This document shows, piece by piece, positions 43,990-59,451 of a DNA stretch of 64,000 nt. A program made the translations under genes and the position numbers. Source of the DNA: Eledone cirrhosa. Lineage: Eukaryota. Each line of letters starts with the position of its first letter. Positions within the stretch are counted from its first letter, which is position 1. The stretch lies in contig OZ024757.1 of assembly GCA_964016885.1 (NCBI GenBank), forward strand, positions 38,316,001 to 38,380,000, read 5' to 3'. The notes below the pieces were generated by a model. It was not told the origin of the DNA. It worked only from the letters and a program-made list of their open reading frames with translations, and ran no database searches.

Positions 43990-45310
43990 TAGATCAAGAC
44001 ACTAAACATGGAAACAATACGAATAATTTTAAAACGAAGCTAATTACTATGAGAAGGACAAATGTACGTATCGTCAACGCCAAGACATTTTCTAAAGAAA
44101 GCTGAAATGAAAAATTGATTGAAATGGAATAATTATAGAGGAACCTTAAAATATTTTGCGGGATATGTCTTACCTTATTTTGGAGAAAAAAATATTTCGA
44201 GGGAAGAGCTAATAAGCAGCTATATATATATACATCAATTAGTATATTCTTATAACGAAGTTAAAAACGGAAACATGTTTTGGTGTCGAGTGTTGAGTAA
44301 AAAACGTGATTTTATTACCCTCCCCGAAGAATTGTGAATATGCATGGAAAGATGGCCGAGTATGTTGAAGCCAAACAGCGAGACGGATAATAGAAACAAT
44401 AATACATTCATTTGCCTAGCTAAATGCTCATTAAATTTGAAGCACTAGATGAATGTGTGATACCAATGAGAATATTGTTTTGGCCCATGGTCAGCCGAAT
44501 AGATTGTGACACTAAACATGGAAACAATACGAACAATTTTGAAACGAAGCTAATGAGAAGGACAAGTGTATGTATCAATGCCAAGACATTTTCTAAAGAA
44601 AACTGATATGAAACATTGAATGAAATGGAATAATTATAGAGGAACCTTAAAATATTTTGCGGGATATGTCTTACCTTATTTTGGAGAAAAAAATATTTCT
44701 TGGAAGAGCTAATAAGCAGCTATATATATATATATACATTAATTAGTATATTCGTACAACGAAGTTAAAAGCTGAAACCTGTTTCGGTGTCGAGCTAAAA
44801 AGGTGCTTCGTATACACTCCCCGAAGAATTGTGAATATGCATGAATTGAAAGATGGCCGAGTATGTTGAAGCAAAACAGCGAGACGGATAATAGAAATAA
44901 TAATACATTCTTTTGCCTAGCTAAATGCTGAGAAAATTTGAAGCACTAGATGAATGTGTGTGATACCACTGAGAATATTGTTTAGGCCTATGGTCAGCCG
45001 AATAAACGGTTAAGCTCTTGAAGGAAACCAGAGAGGAAGAAAACAGAAAACACTAGAATTATTTAGGAATCTTTCTTGTGAAGGAAGATGAGATACCTTC
45101 GAAAATTTAGAGGAGATAAATCTTAAGGGACAGATGATAGAATTATAAAGAATATTTAAATATTAGTACACTATTCCATATAAAAGTCAAGACCAGTATA
45201 TATCAATATCAGTTCACTATACCAAGGACAAACACTTAGAAGTACAACAATCAAACGGGTGACATGATAGAAATATTCAACATAATCAAAGGACTTCAAA
45301 ATACAGTATT
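43990..45310 (+). mobile_element. Decayed CR1/L2-clade LINE ORF2 C-terminal remnant with an internal ~510-bp duplication
   Basis: Broken frames give, in order, VLPYFGEKN (cf. KVLHFGKNN), KTARRIIEIIIHSF (cf. KANRILGMIKRSF), VIP..EYC..PWS (cf. VRPHLEYC.AWSP), ALEG.QR and GDMIEIFNI.KG (cf. RGDMIEVFKI.KG). Confidence 0.7.
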
Positions 45311-45634
45311 GAGGAAGAAAATGTATAATATAAGAAGAAATGACAATTGTACTATGTATAAAATAGAAATGCTCCTTACATTTATCCCAGGTATATAGAG
45401 GGATGTTCCGATGTCCACTGTCTATAAAAGAATACAATAAGGAAACGCCATCATCCAGTAAACCTTAGTAATAATCCAATATTGACTCAGCCGCCATGTA
45501 CACTAAAAATAAGTCGTACTCAGCAGTTAATGCAGTAAAAACAAACAATAAATATAGTATTACAAAATAATTATAATTTCATTAAAAACATATAATTTAT
45601 TTAAAATGTGTCGTATAACATATTGTTCATTAAG

Positions 45635-45675
<41 letters not shown>

Positions 45676-47371
45676 ATGTATATATATGCTGTTTGTATGT
45701 CTTAGTTCGGCAAAAGTAAAGTGTTTGACGGGGAGAAGCCGATCTATTGAATTGATCCCATAACATGACAGATACTCTGTTTTTCTGCTCTGAAATTATA
45801 AAATTGTAAAATATCGACAGCATTTACACCGAGAACACAAAGGTGGAGTAATATCATTTAAAAATTAGAAATTGAAGCTTTAATAATTGATTTTTGAGTT
45901 ATAAATATAAATGTGTTTAGAGCTGGGATGTTCAGTGTGTAATGGGGTGATTGGTATTAAGTAACATAGAATGTCGTGAGGAGTTCAATATTTAGGAGGG
46001 GATAGAGAATTTCTTTAAATTATTTCTTGTACAATTAACGAACAGGGATCGAAACCATTATGTTGTTCGAACGAAAACAATACTTAAGCATATCCCAATC
46101 TAGTTGGAGTTACGGGACATTACTGCGAAGATATCACTGTAGGTTCTAATCTTACCTTAGTAAATATATAGGAGAGATATTTAACAATTTCTTTGTAAGT
46201 CACCCACATGAATTAGTTATGACAGATTTGAAATTAGGGAACTTTGTTACATACTACGCAGTCATATATCGTGACTTTTATTATTATCTCTCATGGTCAA
46301 ACAACCATCTAATATTCAGAGATAACCTTCAACAGTCATACCTTAGCGTGTAGATGGCGGGCTGGCTAGATGGCTTCTAAACAGGTAGCTCTTTAAACTT
46401 GTTGTGTATGCAATAATCGTATCGGCAAACAATGATGGAATTTCATTCAAGCACTCAACGGAATGTGTATATAAATCCGATAAGGTAATCTATGTTCTTT
46501 TTATCAGCTTCGTCTTTTATTTATAAAAGTGTATGTACGTACGTGTGTAGATATGTATAACTATTTAAGCTTGTGTGTTTGTAAGCATTTATAATAATTG
46601 TTTCTATTTTTGGCACAAATCCAGCAATTACCCAGTACATTACTGGTACGTTATTTTATCGACCCCGTAAGGATGAAAGGCAAAGTTAACCTCGGCGGGA
46701 TTTAATGTTACCCCCTCTATTTATCATTACAACTACTACTATTTCCACATGGCATCTCTCGTCTTCGATGTTGCCTCCGCCTGCTTTACGTAGCATCGTA
46801 ACTATCTAATATTTATTCAGAGAGGTTCTCCCTTCATATCGCAAATACACCTCACTGAAAACTTGTCTTGATTCATCAAGTAAAAGAGATCTAACTAAAG
46901 GATTTGTCTGATGTTGCTATGTATGTTTGTCGGGTCCCATAACTTGTGAGAGAGTCCTAGAGACCCCACGTCAATATTCAGGGTGTCTAGGGCATTTTGT
47001 AAAAATGATACCATTTCCAACCCAGATCTGATCACAGATGTATTCCAGAGAATGAGAGAAAGAAATTAAGAGATATAGAATAAGAATCGACTCCAGTACG
47101 ACACTGGTACTTCGTTTTAGCTATCTCGAATGGTTCTATACCGAAACATAATCTATGATGTGACTATTCTGTATATGTATGTTAGTGCGTGTACGTAAGT
47201 GTACGTGGGGTTGCAATTTGGTTTTCGTAATTTCCTCTGTGAAATTTTCACATGAGCAAGCATGTGTCCTGATGGTTGTCAATCGTTATTATGATGGTAT
47301 ATGACATGAATTTTTAATATATATATATATATATATGTATATTTACATAGATGTGAGTATATATATGAATG

Positions 47372-47415
<44 letters not shown>

Positions 47416-47434
47416 CATTCATATATATATACTC

Positions 47435-47465
<31 letters not shown>

Positions 47466-47521
47466 CGTTCATATATATACTCATATATATATATATATAT
47501 AGTGATACGTTCATATATATA

Positions 47522-47571
<50 letters not shown>

Positions 47572-47629
47572 CGTTCATATATATACTCATATATATATAT
47601 ATATATAGTGATACGCTCATATATATACT

Positions 47630-47663
<34 letters not shown>

Positions 47664-48592
47664 AAGTAGAGCGTCTTTCGTTAAATCGGCCAGAGGAATC
47701 AATGATCATTCCAATTGCTAATACTATCTATCGGTCGAAATTCCAGGTAGAAGTAAATATATATATATATACACATATTTGTAGATATACGTGTATGTAT
47801 ATATGAAATCACCCATGTTGGAAAACCCTGGTGTAAGCTAAATAGAGTTGGTGAGGGATTAGCTATGATTAAATAATCACCACCACCCCACTCCCTCTTG
47901 TCCATAGACTGTTTTATAAATATTAAATAACAACCTCAATATTTAATAATATGGACATGAAAATATAAATATTAATACAGTAGTCCAGAAGTAAAATATA
48001 GATTTAATGGGAAAAGTGAGTATTATAAGTTTTATAAGAAAGAATTATTTATACTTTTGGCACACATTTTTTTAAAAATTAATTTTAGTTTATTCGTACC
48101 CCATCTCTGTTGTTTCTTTTGATACAGCCTCCTTGTCCAGTTTATAGGTTATATTTTAAAAGTGATCCATTGGAACATCAGATATTAAAATGAAATGTGA
48201 AATAATAGACACACCTTATGTTTATTCCAGGTATTTAGAGAGATGTCACGATATCCACTGACAACAAAATAATACAATAAAGAAATTCCATTATCCAGCA
48301 AAACTTGGTAATAATCCAGTCTCCTCGCAGAAACCATTTACAGTGAACAATGCAAGAACAAACGAAAACAAAAACAAGAGAACTATTCAGCAGTTAATGA
48401 AGTGAATACAGAAAATAATGAAAATATATTACTGAATAAAATTAATTTTTTACTTGCATTAAATTGTTTTTTTACTTTCTTTTATAAAACACAATTATTA
48501 ATAGAAATTAAGCACGGCATTGTAGATTGAAATGTTACTTGTATGTATATAAATAGGAAACACGTTTACCAATTCACGGGAACAACTTACTA

Positions 48593-49208
48593 AGCTGGAA
48601 TGACGTATAATACTATTGCAGACGGAAACTTTGTAAGTTCAAATCAAGCCTAGAGCGATGAGTAATAAAGTCTAGCTTTACTTTATGAATTCCCCTCGGG
48701 GATAAATTCAAAGCCGTTTCTAACAAGCCATGAACGCCACTACATCGAGTTTTCTACCGAACAAAATGTAGGTTTATAAATATTAATTTTCAGTGTGCTT
48801 TTGTAACTCACTTGGTGGTCTAGTGGTATGTATTAGAGGTGGTGGAGATCCTGGTCTGGGGTTCGAATTCTGTCAGAATCACCGATGCTTATTTTTATAT
48901 TTTATGAAAAAATTAAAATTAAAATTACCAAGTGATTCTTGACTGAGATTGAACCACAGACCAGTCCCTCCGCAGTCTCAACAACTACCAGTAAGCCACA
49001 GAGACAGCTTCAAAAATACTATGAAAATTAATATTCATAAACCTACTTTCTATTTAATAGAAAAATTGATGTAGTGGCGTTTATGGCATTCCCAATCATT
49101 AATACTTCAAACGATTTCGCTTTGATTTTATTCTTCTTGAGATTTCATAAAATATACATCCTACAACCTGATGATCTGTAGGGATGTTCATCAATGGTCA
49201 TACCTGAT
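48593..49208. mobile_element. Internally deleted copy of the tRNA-like TIR element (2 units)
   Basis: Same termini; the deletion joins the repeated gtaggtttataaatattaatttt motifs. Confidence 0.75.
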
Positions 49209-49849
49209 TATTTTATATATGTGTGTGTGTGTATGTGTGTGTTAGATTTGATCTTGCAATGCTGTGCTCAGCAATAATGGTTTTCAATTCTTGCTGTGTA
49301 TATAAATGTATATGTGATATTAAGGTACAACGACAATATATACCTCTTTTTGTTTGATAATAATTAGATAAAACTAATTTTGGCACCCTTGATAAACATT
49401 GAAACTACGACTATAAAATATAACAACCACGACATAACAATCTCTGTTTAAATATAATTTAATGAAATTATTGGTAGAGATTGATCCCTCATATTATATC
49501 TCACTCCTTAAGCTGGGAGAAAATGTCCTCGGATCGGACAACATTGATAAGGAGAGCTTGTATCCATACTTGGCAAGTCTTTCCAGTTAACAAAGTATAT
49601 AAAAGGCAGTAAGAGGTGACCATCATTTAACACGTGATGCTCAGTATTGTTGAGTAGTTGTCACTCCTGCGAACGACATTGTCAGTTAATCTTCTGTAGC
49701 GAGAGAAGAAGGTCGTGGTGTCTTTCTCCTATCATATAATACATACATTTGTCATCCTTCAGATATCAATATTCAAGAGAAAGAAGAAATTCAATCATTT
49801 AAAAGTAACATTTATTACATTAGATCAAAATTTTAAATTAACAACAGAT

Positions 49850-50670
49850 TGTGACACTAAACATGGAAACAATACGAAAAATTTTGAAACGAAGCTAATG
49901 AGAAGGACAAGTGTATGTATCAATGCCAAGACATTTTCTAAAGAAAACTGATATGAAAAATTGAATGAAATGGAATAATTATAGAGGAACCTTAAAATAT
50001 TTTGCGGGATATGTCTTACCTTATTTTGGAGAAAAAAATATTTCTTGGAAGAGCTAATAAGCAGCTATATATATATATACATTAATTAGTATATTCGTAC
50101 AACGAAGTTAAAAGCTGAAGCATGTTTCGGTGTCGAGCTAAAAACGTGCTTCGTATACACTCCCCAAAGAATTGTGAATATGCATGAGCATGAATTGAAA
50201 GATGGCCGAGTATGTTGAAGCAAAACAGCGAGACGAATAATAGAAATAATAATACATTCTTTTGCCTAGCTAAATGCTGAGAAAATTTGAAGCACTAGAT
50301 GAATGTGTGTGATACCACTGAGAATATTGTTTTGGCCCATGGTCAGCCGAATAAACGGTTAAGTTCTTGAAGGAAACCAGAGAGGAAGAAAACGGAAAAC
50401 ACTAGAATTATTTAGGAATCTTTCTTGTGAAGGAAGATGAGATACCTTCGACAATTTAGAGGAGATAAATCTTAAGGGACAGATGATAGAATTATAAAGA
50501 ATATTTAAATATTAGTACACTATTCCATATAAAAGTCAAGACCTGTATATATCAATATCAGTTCACTATACCAAGGACAAACACTTAGAAGTACAACTTT
50601 GGAGGAGATAAATCAAACTGGTGACATGATAGAAATATTTAACATAAGGAAAGGACTTCAAAATACAGTA
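49850..50670 (+). mobile_element. Decayed CR1/L2 remnant (unit 2)
   Basis: TTLEEINQTGDMIEIFNIRKG; paralog of 44505-45310. Confidence 0.7.
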
Positions 50671-52391
50671 TTGAGGAAGAAAATGTATAATATAAGAAGA
50701 GATGACCATTGTACTATGTATAAAATAGAAATGCTCCTTACATTTATTCCAGGTGTATGGAGGGATGTTCCGATGTCCACTGTCTGGAAAATAATACAAT
50801 AAGGAAACGCCATCATCCAGTAAACCTTAGTAATAATCCAATATTGACTCAACCGCCATGTACACTAGAAAATACTAATAAAAATAAGTCATACTCAGCA
50901 GTTAATGCAGTAAAAATAAACAATTAAAGTAGTATTACTAAATAATTATAATTTCTTACTTTCATTAATACTTTTTCTTAATTTTATTGAAAATATATAA
51001 TTTACTTAAAATGTGTCGTATAACATATTGTTCATTAAGAAATTATATATATATATATATATACACACACTCTGTTTGTATGTCTTAGTTTGGCAAAAGT
51101 AAAGTGTCTGACGGGGAGAAGCCGATCTATTGAATTGATCCCATAACATGACAGATACTCTGTTTTTTTCTGCTCTGAAATTGTAAAATATCGACAGCAT
51201 TTACACCAAGAACACCAAGGTGGAGTAATATCATTAAAAATTAGAAATTGAGGCTTTAATAATTGATTTTTGAGTTATAAATATAAATGTGTTTAGAGTT
51301 GAGACGTTCAGTGTGTAATGGGGTGATTGGTATTAAGTAACATAAAATGTCGTGAGGAGTTCAATATTTAGGAAGGGATAGAGAATTTCTTTAAATTATT
51401 TCTTGTACAAGTAACGAACAGAGATCGAAACCATTATGTTGTTCGGACGAAAAAATACTTAAGCATATCCCAATCTAGTTGGAGTTATGGGACATTACTG
51501 CGAAGATATCACTGTAGGTTCTAATCTTACCTTAGTAAATATATAGGAGAGATATTTAACAATTTCTTTGTAAGTCACCCACAGGAATTAGGTATGACAG
51601 ATTTGAAATTAGGGAACTTTGTTACATACTATGCAGTCATATATCGTGACTTTTATTCTTATCTTTTATGGTCAAACAATCGGCTAATATTCAGAGATAA
51701 CCTTCAACAGGTGTAGATGGCGGGCTGGCTAGATGGTTTCTGAACATGTAGCTCTTTAAACTTGTTGTGTATGCAATAATTGTATCGGCAAACGATGATG
51801 GGACCTGTTTCAAGCACTCAACGGCATGTGTGTATCCTTCCGATAAGGTAATCTATGTTCTTTTTATTAGCTTCGTCTTTTATTTATAAAAGTTTATGTA
51901 CGTACGTGTGTAGATATGTATAACTATTTAAGCTTGTGTGTTTGTAAGCATTCATAATAATTGTTTCTACTTTTGGCACAAATCCAGCTTTTACCCAGTA
52001 CATTACTGGTACGTTATTTTATCGACCCCGTAAGATGAAAGGCAAAGTTAACCTCGGCGGGATTTAATGTTGCCCCTCTATTTATCATTACAACCACTAC
52101 TATTAATTTTAACACTATTGTTATTACTTTCACACTGGCTATGGCTTTCCCTCTTACATGTGAGATACACGGTTTGTTTATCAATCAACATTTACTGAAA
52201 GGTGTGATGATGTGTGGCGGGACATTGGATGGATTCCTTAGTGGTAACTTGAGGTCTCCGTACACCTGTCAACCCGTAAATATATATATATGCGTTATCC
52301 CGAGTTAAGTTGGCCGTAACCACAGTAACGAAGGTACAGGATACATAGCAGTGTATATATATATTCAATATATAATATTTAATGTAGAAAT

Positions 52392-52442
52392 GGCTTCTAC
52401 AGGACTAGAACTGTTTCATTCGGAAGAAATCATCAGAAAACC
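52392..52442 (-). ncRNA. Type I hammerhead, family A, best-preserved copy (in fold-back element ~52293-52490)
   Basis: Reverse complement ggtttt-CTGATGA-tttcttccgaat-GAAA-cagttctagtcctg-TA^gaagcc. Stem I ggtttt/gaagcc (6 bp, 2 GU), stem II ttc/gaa, stem III acag/ctgt. Confidence 0.75.
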
Positions 52443-52486
52443 CTTGATTTTTTCCCCGAATAAAACAATGTTAGTCCTGTAGAAGC

Positions 52487-52517
<31 letters not shown>

Positions 52518-52637
52518 ATGAAAAGTATAGAAATTATTGTGAGCGTGAAGCCAAGAGTATTTCATAATATATAAGTGACTATAACGTCAAAGTTGAAAAT
52601 ATATATATATATATATATTTATATATGTATGTATGTA

Positions 52638-52668
<31 letters not shown>

Positions 52669-52873
52669 TGGTAAACGGAATAGAAAATGCTGACAAATTG
52701 TTCACAGTTGAAAAATGGTTTAATTAGGAATAAAAGAGTATTAGTGATTGTATGGGTTAGTATTCAGTTGTGGTTTTAAGTTTATACCGGTTGCGCATTT
52801 CTAAATGCTTTTCAAAAATAATTTTGAGATAGAGTGTCCGTGCTGTTTGCTCTGATCTGTTTGCTCAAATCTA

Positions 52874-52911
<38 letters not shown>

Positions 52912-53002
52912 TAATAATAATAAATTCGAAGACTAAAATCCAAAGTGGGCTCGATAAGGATAAATATATATCAAATATATGCGAACCGTAGAGCAATTAT
53001 TT

Positions 53003-54550
53003 ATTAAAATAACAGATTAAAGTTTAAGCAAAGAATCGCAGCTTTCACCTTTAACGGGATCTTCTGAAACTAACAAAGTCAATCTGTAAACGCAGAACTG
53101 GATATTTCAATAAACATTGCAACCGGAGGAAGACAGGAAGACGATACTTTGGTTCGTGGAAACGTTCCCTGGCAAAGAACGGGAAAAAACGAATATAATA
53201 CGTCATTAATTGAAGCGGTGAAAAACAATTACACGCAAAGACAGAACCACGTTTATGGTATAAAAGAAGTCGTAGACTAATATTCTCTTCGGTGGTTCAT
53301 AGAGACGTTCTCTGGCAATGAACGGAAAAATCGAAGATAATACGTCATGTGTGGATCGTGGAGAACAATTTGACGCAAAGATAAAACTACGTAAATGGTA
53401 TAAGTGAAGTCGTAGACTAAAATTCTAACTGGGAAACCGAATGATTCTCCGCTACAGAGTTAAGAATAAAGTAAATAAAATACAGAGGTAATTGAAATAA
53501 ATAAATACATACACGCATCCATATACGTACATACACAAGCATACGCGAAAACACTCGCCATAGGTATACAAATACACGCACTTATAAATATGTGTTTGTG
53601 TGTGTGTGTGTGTATACAAATAATTAAATTAACGTATATAAATAAATAAATAAATACGTATATAACAAGCGCACACACATACCTACATGTAAATACACAA
53701 ATGTTCGGAGACGACGTCAACAAAAAAACGAAGTACACATATACCCACACCCTACATACGTACGAACCCGCATACTCATACAGACGCAAAACTCACGTAT
53801 ACACATAACAAAAAGTATATGTACCAGAATATATAAAAATATACGCATAACATATACAATCAAATATACGTACGAGAAAGTATACGTACCTTCGCAAAAC
53901 ATACAGGTAATATATACTTACCTATACAAATAAGTAATGGTATAAACATAACATATACTTAGCTACCACATCAAGACGTAAGATATCCACGTATAGATCG
54001 TACTATCCGTTAGGGTATAATGTGGGGCTGTAATACAGGAAAGGTTTGTGCAATTTATGTTTAGAAGCCGAAATTGCCTCAGATATATTGTTTAAGATGT
54101 GATCTGTGGCGTAGAGTATTTCCAGGGCCTCAGCGGCGCAGAGGTCACATGGTCTTTTATTTCCGTTATACGATCTAGCCCTAGCTAGGATTTCCCAGTG
54201 TAACTCATATTGGGTGTGGTTGTCTTTTAGACTCCAGATAATATTAGTCTACGACTATTCGTCTAAGAGAATATTACTCTACGACTCCTTTTATACCATA
54301 ACGTGGTTCTGTCTTTGCGTGTAATTGTTTTTCACCGCTCCAATTAATGACGTATTATATTCGTTTTTTCCCGTTCTTTGCCAGGGAACGTTTCCACGGA
54401 CCAAAGTATCCTCTTCCTGTCTTCGTCCGGTTGCAAAGTTTTTTGAAATATTCACTTCTACGTTTACAGATTGACTTTGTTGGTTTCAGAAGATCCTGGT
54501 AAGGGTGAAAACAGCGATTCTTTGCTTAAACTTTAATCTGTTATTTTATT
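53003..54550. repeat. ~285-bp inverted repeats (53003-53289 / 54265-54550) around a ~1-kb spacer; the left arm is followed by a diverged ~140-bp tandem copy
   Basis: The arms align end to end; 53292-53428 repeats ~53148-53286; the whole block is flanked by TA tracts. Confidence 0.88.
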
Positions 54551-54579
54551 AAATATATATATATATATATTCATATATG

Positions 54580-54630
<51 letters not shown>

Positions 54631-55473
54631 TCATATATGTATGTATGTATGTATATATATATATATATTCATATATGTATGTATATAAATATATATATGT
54701 GTTCAGAAGCCAAAGTGTCTACGATTATATGCCCCCTCCCGTGTGTGTATATATATATGTCGATGTCTATTTCCACATGGCATCTCTCGTCTTCGATGTT
54801 GCCTCCGCCTGCTTTACGTAGCATCTTAACTATCTAATATTTATTCAGAGAGGTTCTCCCTTCATATCGCAAATACACCTCACTGAAAACATGTCTTGAT
54901 TCATCAAGTAAAAGAGATCTAACTAAAGGATTTGTCTGATGTTGCTATGTATGTTTGTCGGGTCCCATAACTTGTGAGAGAGTCCTAGAGACCCCACGTC
55001 AATATTCAGGGTGTCTAGGGCATTTTGTAAAAATGATACCATCTCCACCCCAGATCTGATCACAGAGGTATTCCAGAGAAAGAAAGAGAATGAGAGAAAG
55101 GAATTAAGAGATATAGAATAAGAATCGACTCCAGTACGACACTGGTACTTCGTTTTAGTTATCTCGAATGGTTCTATACCGAAACATAATCTATGATGTG
55201 ACTATTCTGTATATGTGTGTTAGTGCATATACGTGTGTGTTAGTGCGTGTACGCAAGTGTACGTGGGGTTGCAAGTTTGGTTTTCGTAATTTCCTCTGTG
55301 AAATGTTCACATGACCAAGCATGTGTCCTGATGGTTAGTCAATCGTATTTATGATGGTATATGACATGGATTGTTAATATATATATGTATATTTACATAG
55401 ATGTGAGTATATATGAATGTATCACTATATATATATATATGTATATTTACATAGATGTGAGTATATATGAATG

Positions 55474-55537
<64 letters not shown>

Positions 55538-55644
55538 AAGTAGAGCGTCTTTCGTTAAATCGGCCATAGGAATCAATGTTTCCAATGATCATTCCAATTG
55601 CTAATACTATCTATCGGTCGAAATTCCAGGTAGAAGTAAGTATG

Positions 55645-55682
<38 letters not shown>

Positions 55683-56516
55683 CACACATTTGTAGATATA
55701 TGTGTAAATATATGTGTATGCATACATGAAATCACCCATGTTGGGAAACCCTGGTGTAGGCTAAATAGAGTTGGTGTGGGATTAACTGTGATGAAATAAT
55801 CACGTCCCCCTTACTTCCTCTTGTCCATAGACTGTTTTATAAATATTAAATAACAACCTCAATATTTAATAATATGGAGATGAAAATATAAATGTTAATA
55901 CAGTAGTCCAGAAGGAACATATAGATTTAATGGGAAAAGTGAGTATTATAAGTTTTATAAGAAATAATTATTTCTACTTTTGGCACACATTTTTTTTAAA
56001 ATTAATTTTAGATTATTCGTACCCCATCTCTGCAGATTCTTTTGATGCAGTCTCCTTCTCTTGTTTATAGGTTATATTTTAAAAATCATCCATTGGAACA
56101 TCAGATATTAAAATGAAATGTGAAATAATAGACACACCTTATGTTTATTCCAGGTATTTAGAGAGATGTCACGATATCCACTGACAACAAAATAATACAA
56201 TAAAGAAATTCCATCATCCAGCAAAACTTGGTAATAATCCAGTCTCCTCGCAGAAACCATTTACAGTGAACAATGGTAAGAACAAACGAAAACAAAAACA
56301 AGAGAACTATTCAGCAGTTAATGAAGTGTATACAGAAAATAATAAAAATATATTACTGAATAAAATTAATTTTTTACTTGCATTAAATTGTTTTTTTACT
56401 TTCTTTTATAAAACACAATTATTAATAGAAATTAAGCACGGCATTGTAGATTGAAATGTTACTTGTATGTATATATATAGGAAACACGTTTACCAATTCA
56501 CGGGAACAACTTACTA

Positions 56517-57418
56517 AGCTGGAATGATGTATAATACTATTGCAGACGGAAACTTTGTAAGTTCAAATCAAGCCTAGAGCGATGAGTAATAAAGTCTAGA
56601 TTTACTTTATGAATTCCCCTCGGCGATAAATTCAAGGTCGTCCCTAACAAGCCATGAACGCCACAACATCGAGTTTTCTACCGAACAAAATGTAGGTTTA
56701 TAAATATTAATTGTCACTACGAATTCGTTAAGTCTCTCTGTCGTAGTGGTAAATATTAGAAACAGTGAATGTCCTGGTTTGGGATGTAATCTCTGTCAAG
56801 TTCTACACTATGGGTATTATACATTTTTATTTTACCACATCTAAAATAAAAAAAATTAAAAAGTAAGTTCATAAATATTAATTTTCACTACTATTTCGTA
56901 CAGTCTCCCTGGTCCAATGGTAGGTGTTAGAGACAGTGGTGATGCTGGTCTGGGGTTCAGTCTGGGATTCTATTCTAAATACCTCGTACAAGTTTTTATT
57001 TTAATAAAAAAATTGAAAAAGTAGGTTTATAAATATTAATTTTCAGTCTGTTTCTGTAACCGTCTCTGTGGCCTAGTGGTATCTATTAGAAGTGGTGAAG
57101 ATCATGGGCTAGGGTTCGATCTCAGTCAGAATCTCCGATGTTTATTTTATTTTATGAAAAACTTTTTAAAAAATAAAATTTCTCAAGTGATACCTGACTG
57201 AGATTGAACCTCAGACCAGCCCCTCCACTGTCTCTACACCTTTCCACTAGACTATAGAGACAACTTCAAAAATACTATGAAAATTTATATTTATAAACCT
57301 ACTCTCTATTTAAGAGAAAAATTGATGTAGTGGCGTTTATGGCATTTCCATTGATATTAATAATTTTATCCTACAACCTGATGATCTGCAGGGGCGTTCA
57401 TTCAGGGTGATACCTGAT
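56517..57418. mobile_element. Third copy of the tRNA-like TIR element (4 units)
   Basis: Example unit: gtctctgtggcctagtggta...agggttcgatctcagtcaga at ~57062-57130. Confidence 0.75.
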
Positions 57419-57431
57419 TATTATATATATA

Positions 57432-57462
<31 letters not shown>

Positions 57463-58089
57463 TTTGGTCCTGTAATGTTGGGCTCAGCAATAATGGTTTT
57501 CAATTCTGTCTTCCCTTCATTCTTGGTGTGTATATAAATGTATATGTGATATTAACGTACAACGACAATATATACTTTTTTGTTTGATAATAATTTGATA
57601 AATTTAATACTACAAGCCCTGATAATCATTGAAACCACGACTATAAAATATAACAACCACGACATAACAGTCTCTGTTTAAATATAATTTAATGACATTA
57701 TTGGTAGAGATTGATCCCTCATATTATATCTCACTCCTTAAGCAGGGAGAAAATGTCCTCGGAATCGGACAATATTGATAAGGAGAGCTTGTATCAATAC
57801 TTGGCAAGTCTTTCCAATTAACAAAGTATATAAAAGGCAGTAAGAGGTGACCATCATGTAACACGTGATGCTCAGTATTGTTGAGTAGTTGTCACTCCTG
57901 CGAACGACGTTGTCAGTTAATCTTCTATAGCGAGAGAAGAAGGTCGTGGTTTCTTTCTCCTATCATATAATACATACATTTGTCATCCTTCAGATATCAA
58001 TATACAAGAGAAAGAAGAATATTGAAAACTTCAGTCTTTTAAAAGAGGCATTTATTACATTAGACAACATTTTAAATTAGCGATAGTTT

Positions 58090-58307
58090 GTGACACTAAA
58101 CATGGAAACAATACGAACAATTTTGAAACGAAGCTAATTACTATGAGAAGGACAAATGTATGTATCGTTAACGCCAAGACATTTCTAAAGAAAACTGAAA
58201 TGAAAAATTGATTGAAATGGAATAATTATAGAGGAACCTTAAAATATTTTGCGGGATATGTCTTACCTTATTTTGGAGAAAAAGATATTTCGTGGAAGAT
58301 CTAATAA

Positions 58308-58345
<38 letters not shown>

Positions 58346-58687
58346 TTTAATTATTATATTCGTACAACGAAGTTATGAAACGGATGTATGGTTTGGTATC
58401 GAATGTTGAGCAAAAGCTGTGAATATATATGAATTGAAAGATGGCTAACAATGTTGAAATGTTGAAGGTAAAACAGCGAAACGGATAATAGAAGTAATGA
58501 AACATGTGTTTGCCTATCTAAAAGCTGAGTAAATTTAAATCCCTAGATGAATATGTGTGATACCATTGAGACTATTGTTTTGGGCAATGGTCAACCGACA
58601 TACGATAAAACAGTGAAGCTCTTGAATGAACCCAGAGGAAAAAAAACAGGAAACAGAATTATTTAGGGAAACTCAGACATACAAACA

Positions 58688-58721
<34 letters not shown>

Positions 58722-59420
58722 TATATATACATATATATGTCACTGGTTAAATATATTTTAATGAAATTATTGGTAGAAATTGATACCTAATATATTATCT
58801 CTCTCCTTAACCAGGGAGAAAACCTTCTCGGACTCGAACAATATTGATAAGGAGAGCATGTATGCATACTTGGCAAGTATTTCCAGTGAACAAAGTATAT
58901 AAAAAGCAGTAAGGGCTGACCATCACTAAACAATTGATGCCCACTGGTGTCGAGTAGTTGTCACTCCTGCGAACGACATTGTCAGTTAGCCTTCTATAGG
59001 GAAAGAAGAAGGTCGTTGTCTTTTCTCCTCTCCCATAACACATACATTTGTCATCCTTCACATATCAATATACAAGAGAAAGAACATTGAGAACTTCAGT
59101 CTTTTAAAAGTAACATTTATTACATTAGATCAAAATCTTAAATTAACGATAGATTCTTGCACTAAACATGGAAACAATACGAACGAAGAAACTGTACGAA
59201 CAATTTTGAGATAAGCTAATTATTATGAGAAGGATACATGTATGTATCGTCAACGCCAGGACATTTTTGAAAGAAATCTGAAATGAGAAATTGATTGAAA
59301 TGGAATATTTATAGACACTTTACAATATTCTTCGGGATATCTTACCTTATTTTGAAGAAAAGAATATTTCGGAGAAGGGTTAATAAGCATATATATATAT
59401 ATATACTGCTCGTATATATA

Positions 59421-59451
<31 letters not shown>

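Noticed and set aside
43884-44337. ORFs with in-frame indels between paralogs, suggesting a novel protein
   Set aside because: They lack ATG starts, are frameshifted in other copies, and are collinear with decayed CR1/L2 ORF2 motifs, so residual LINE coding structure explains them.
52670-52870. Possible Penelope GIY-YIG C-terminus (KPQLN) on the minus strand
   Set aside because: Only a 5-residue resemblance that needs a frameshift; insufficient without a profile search.
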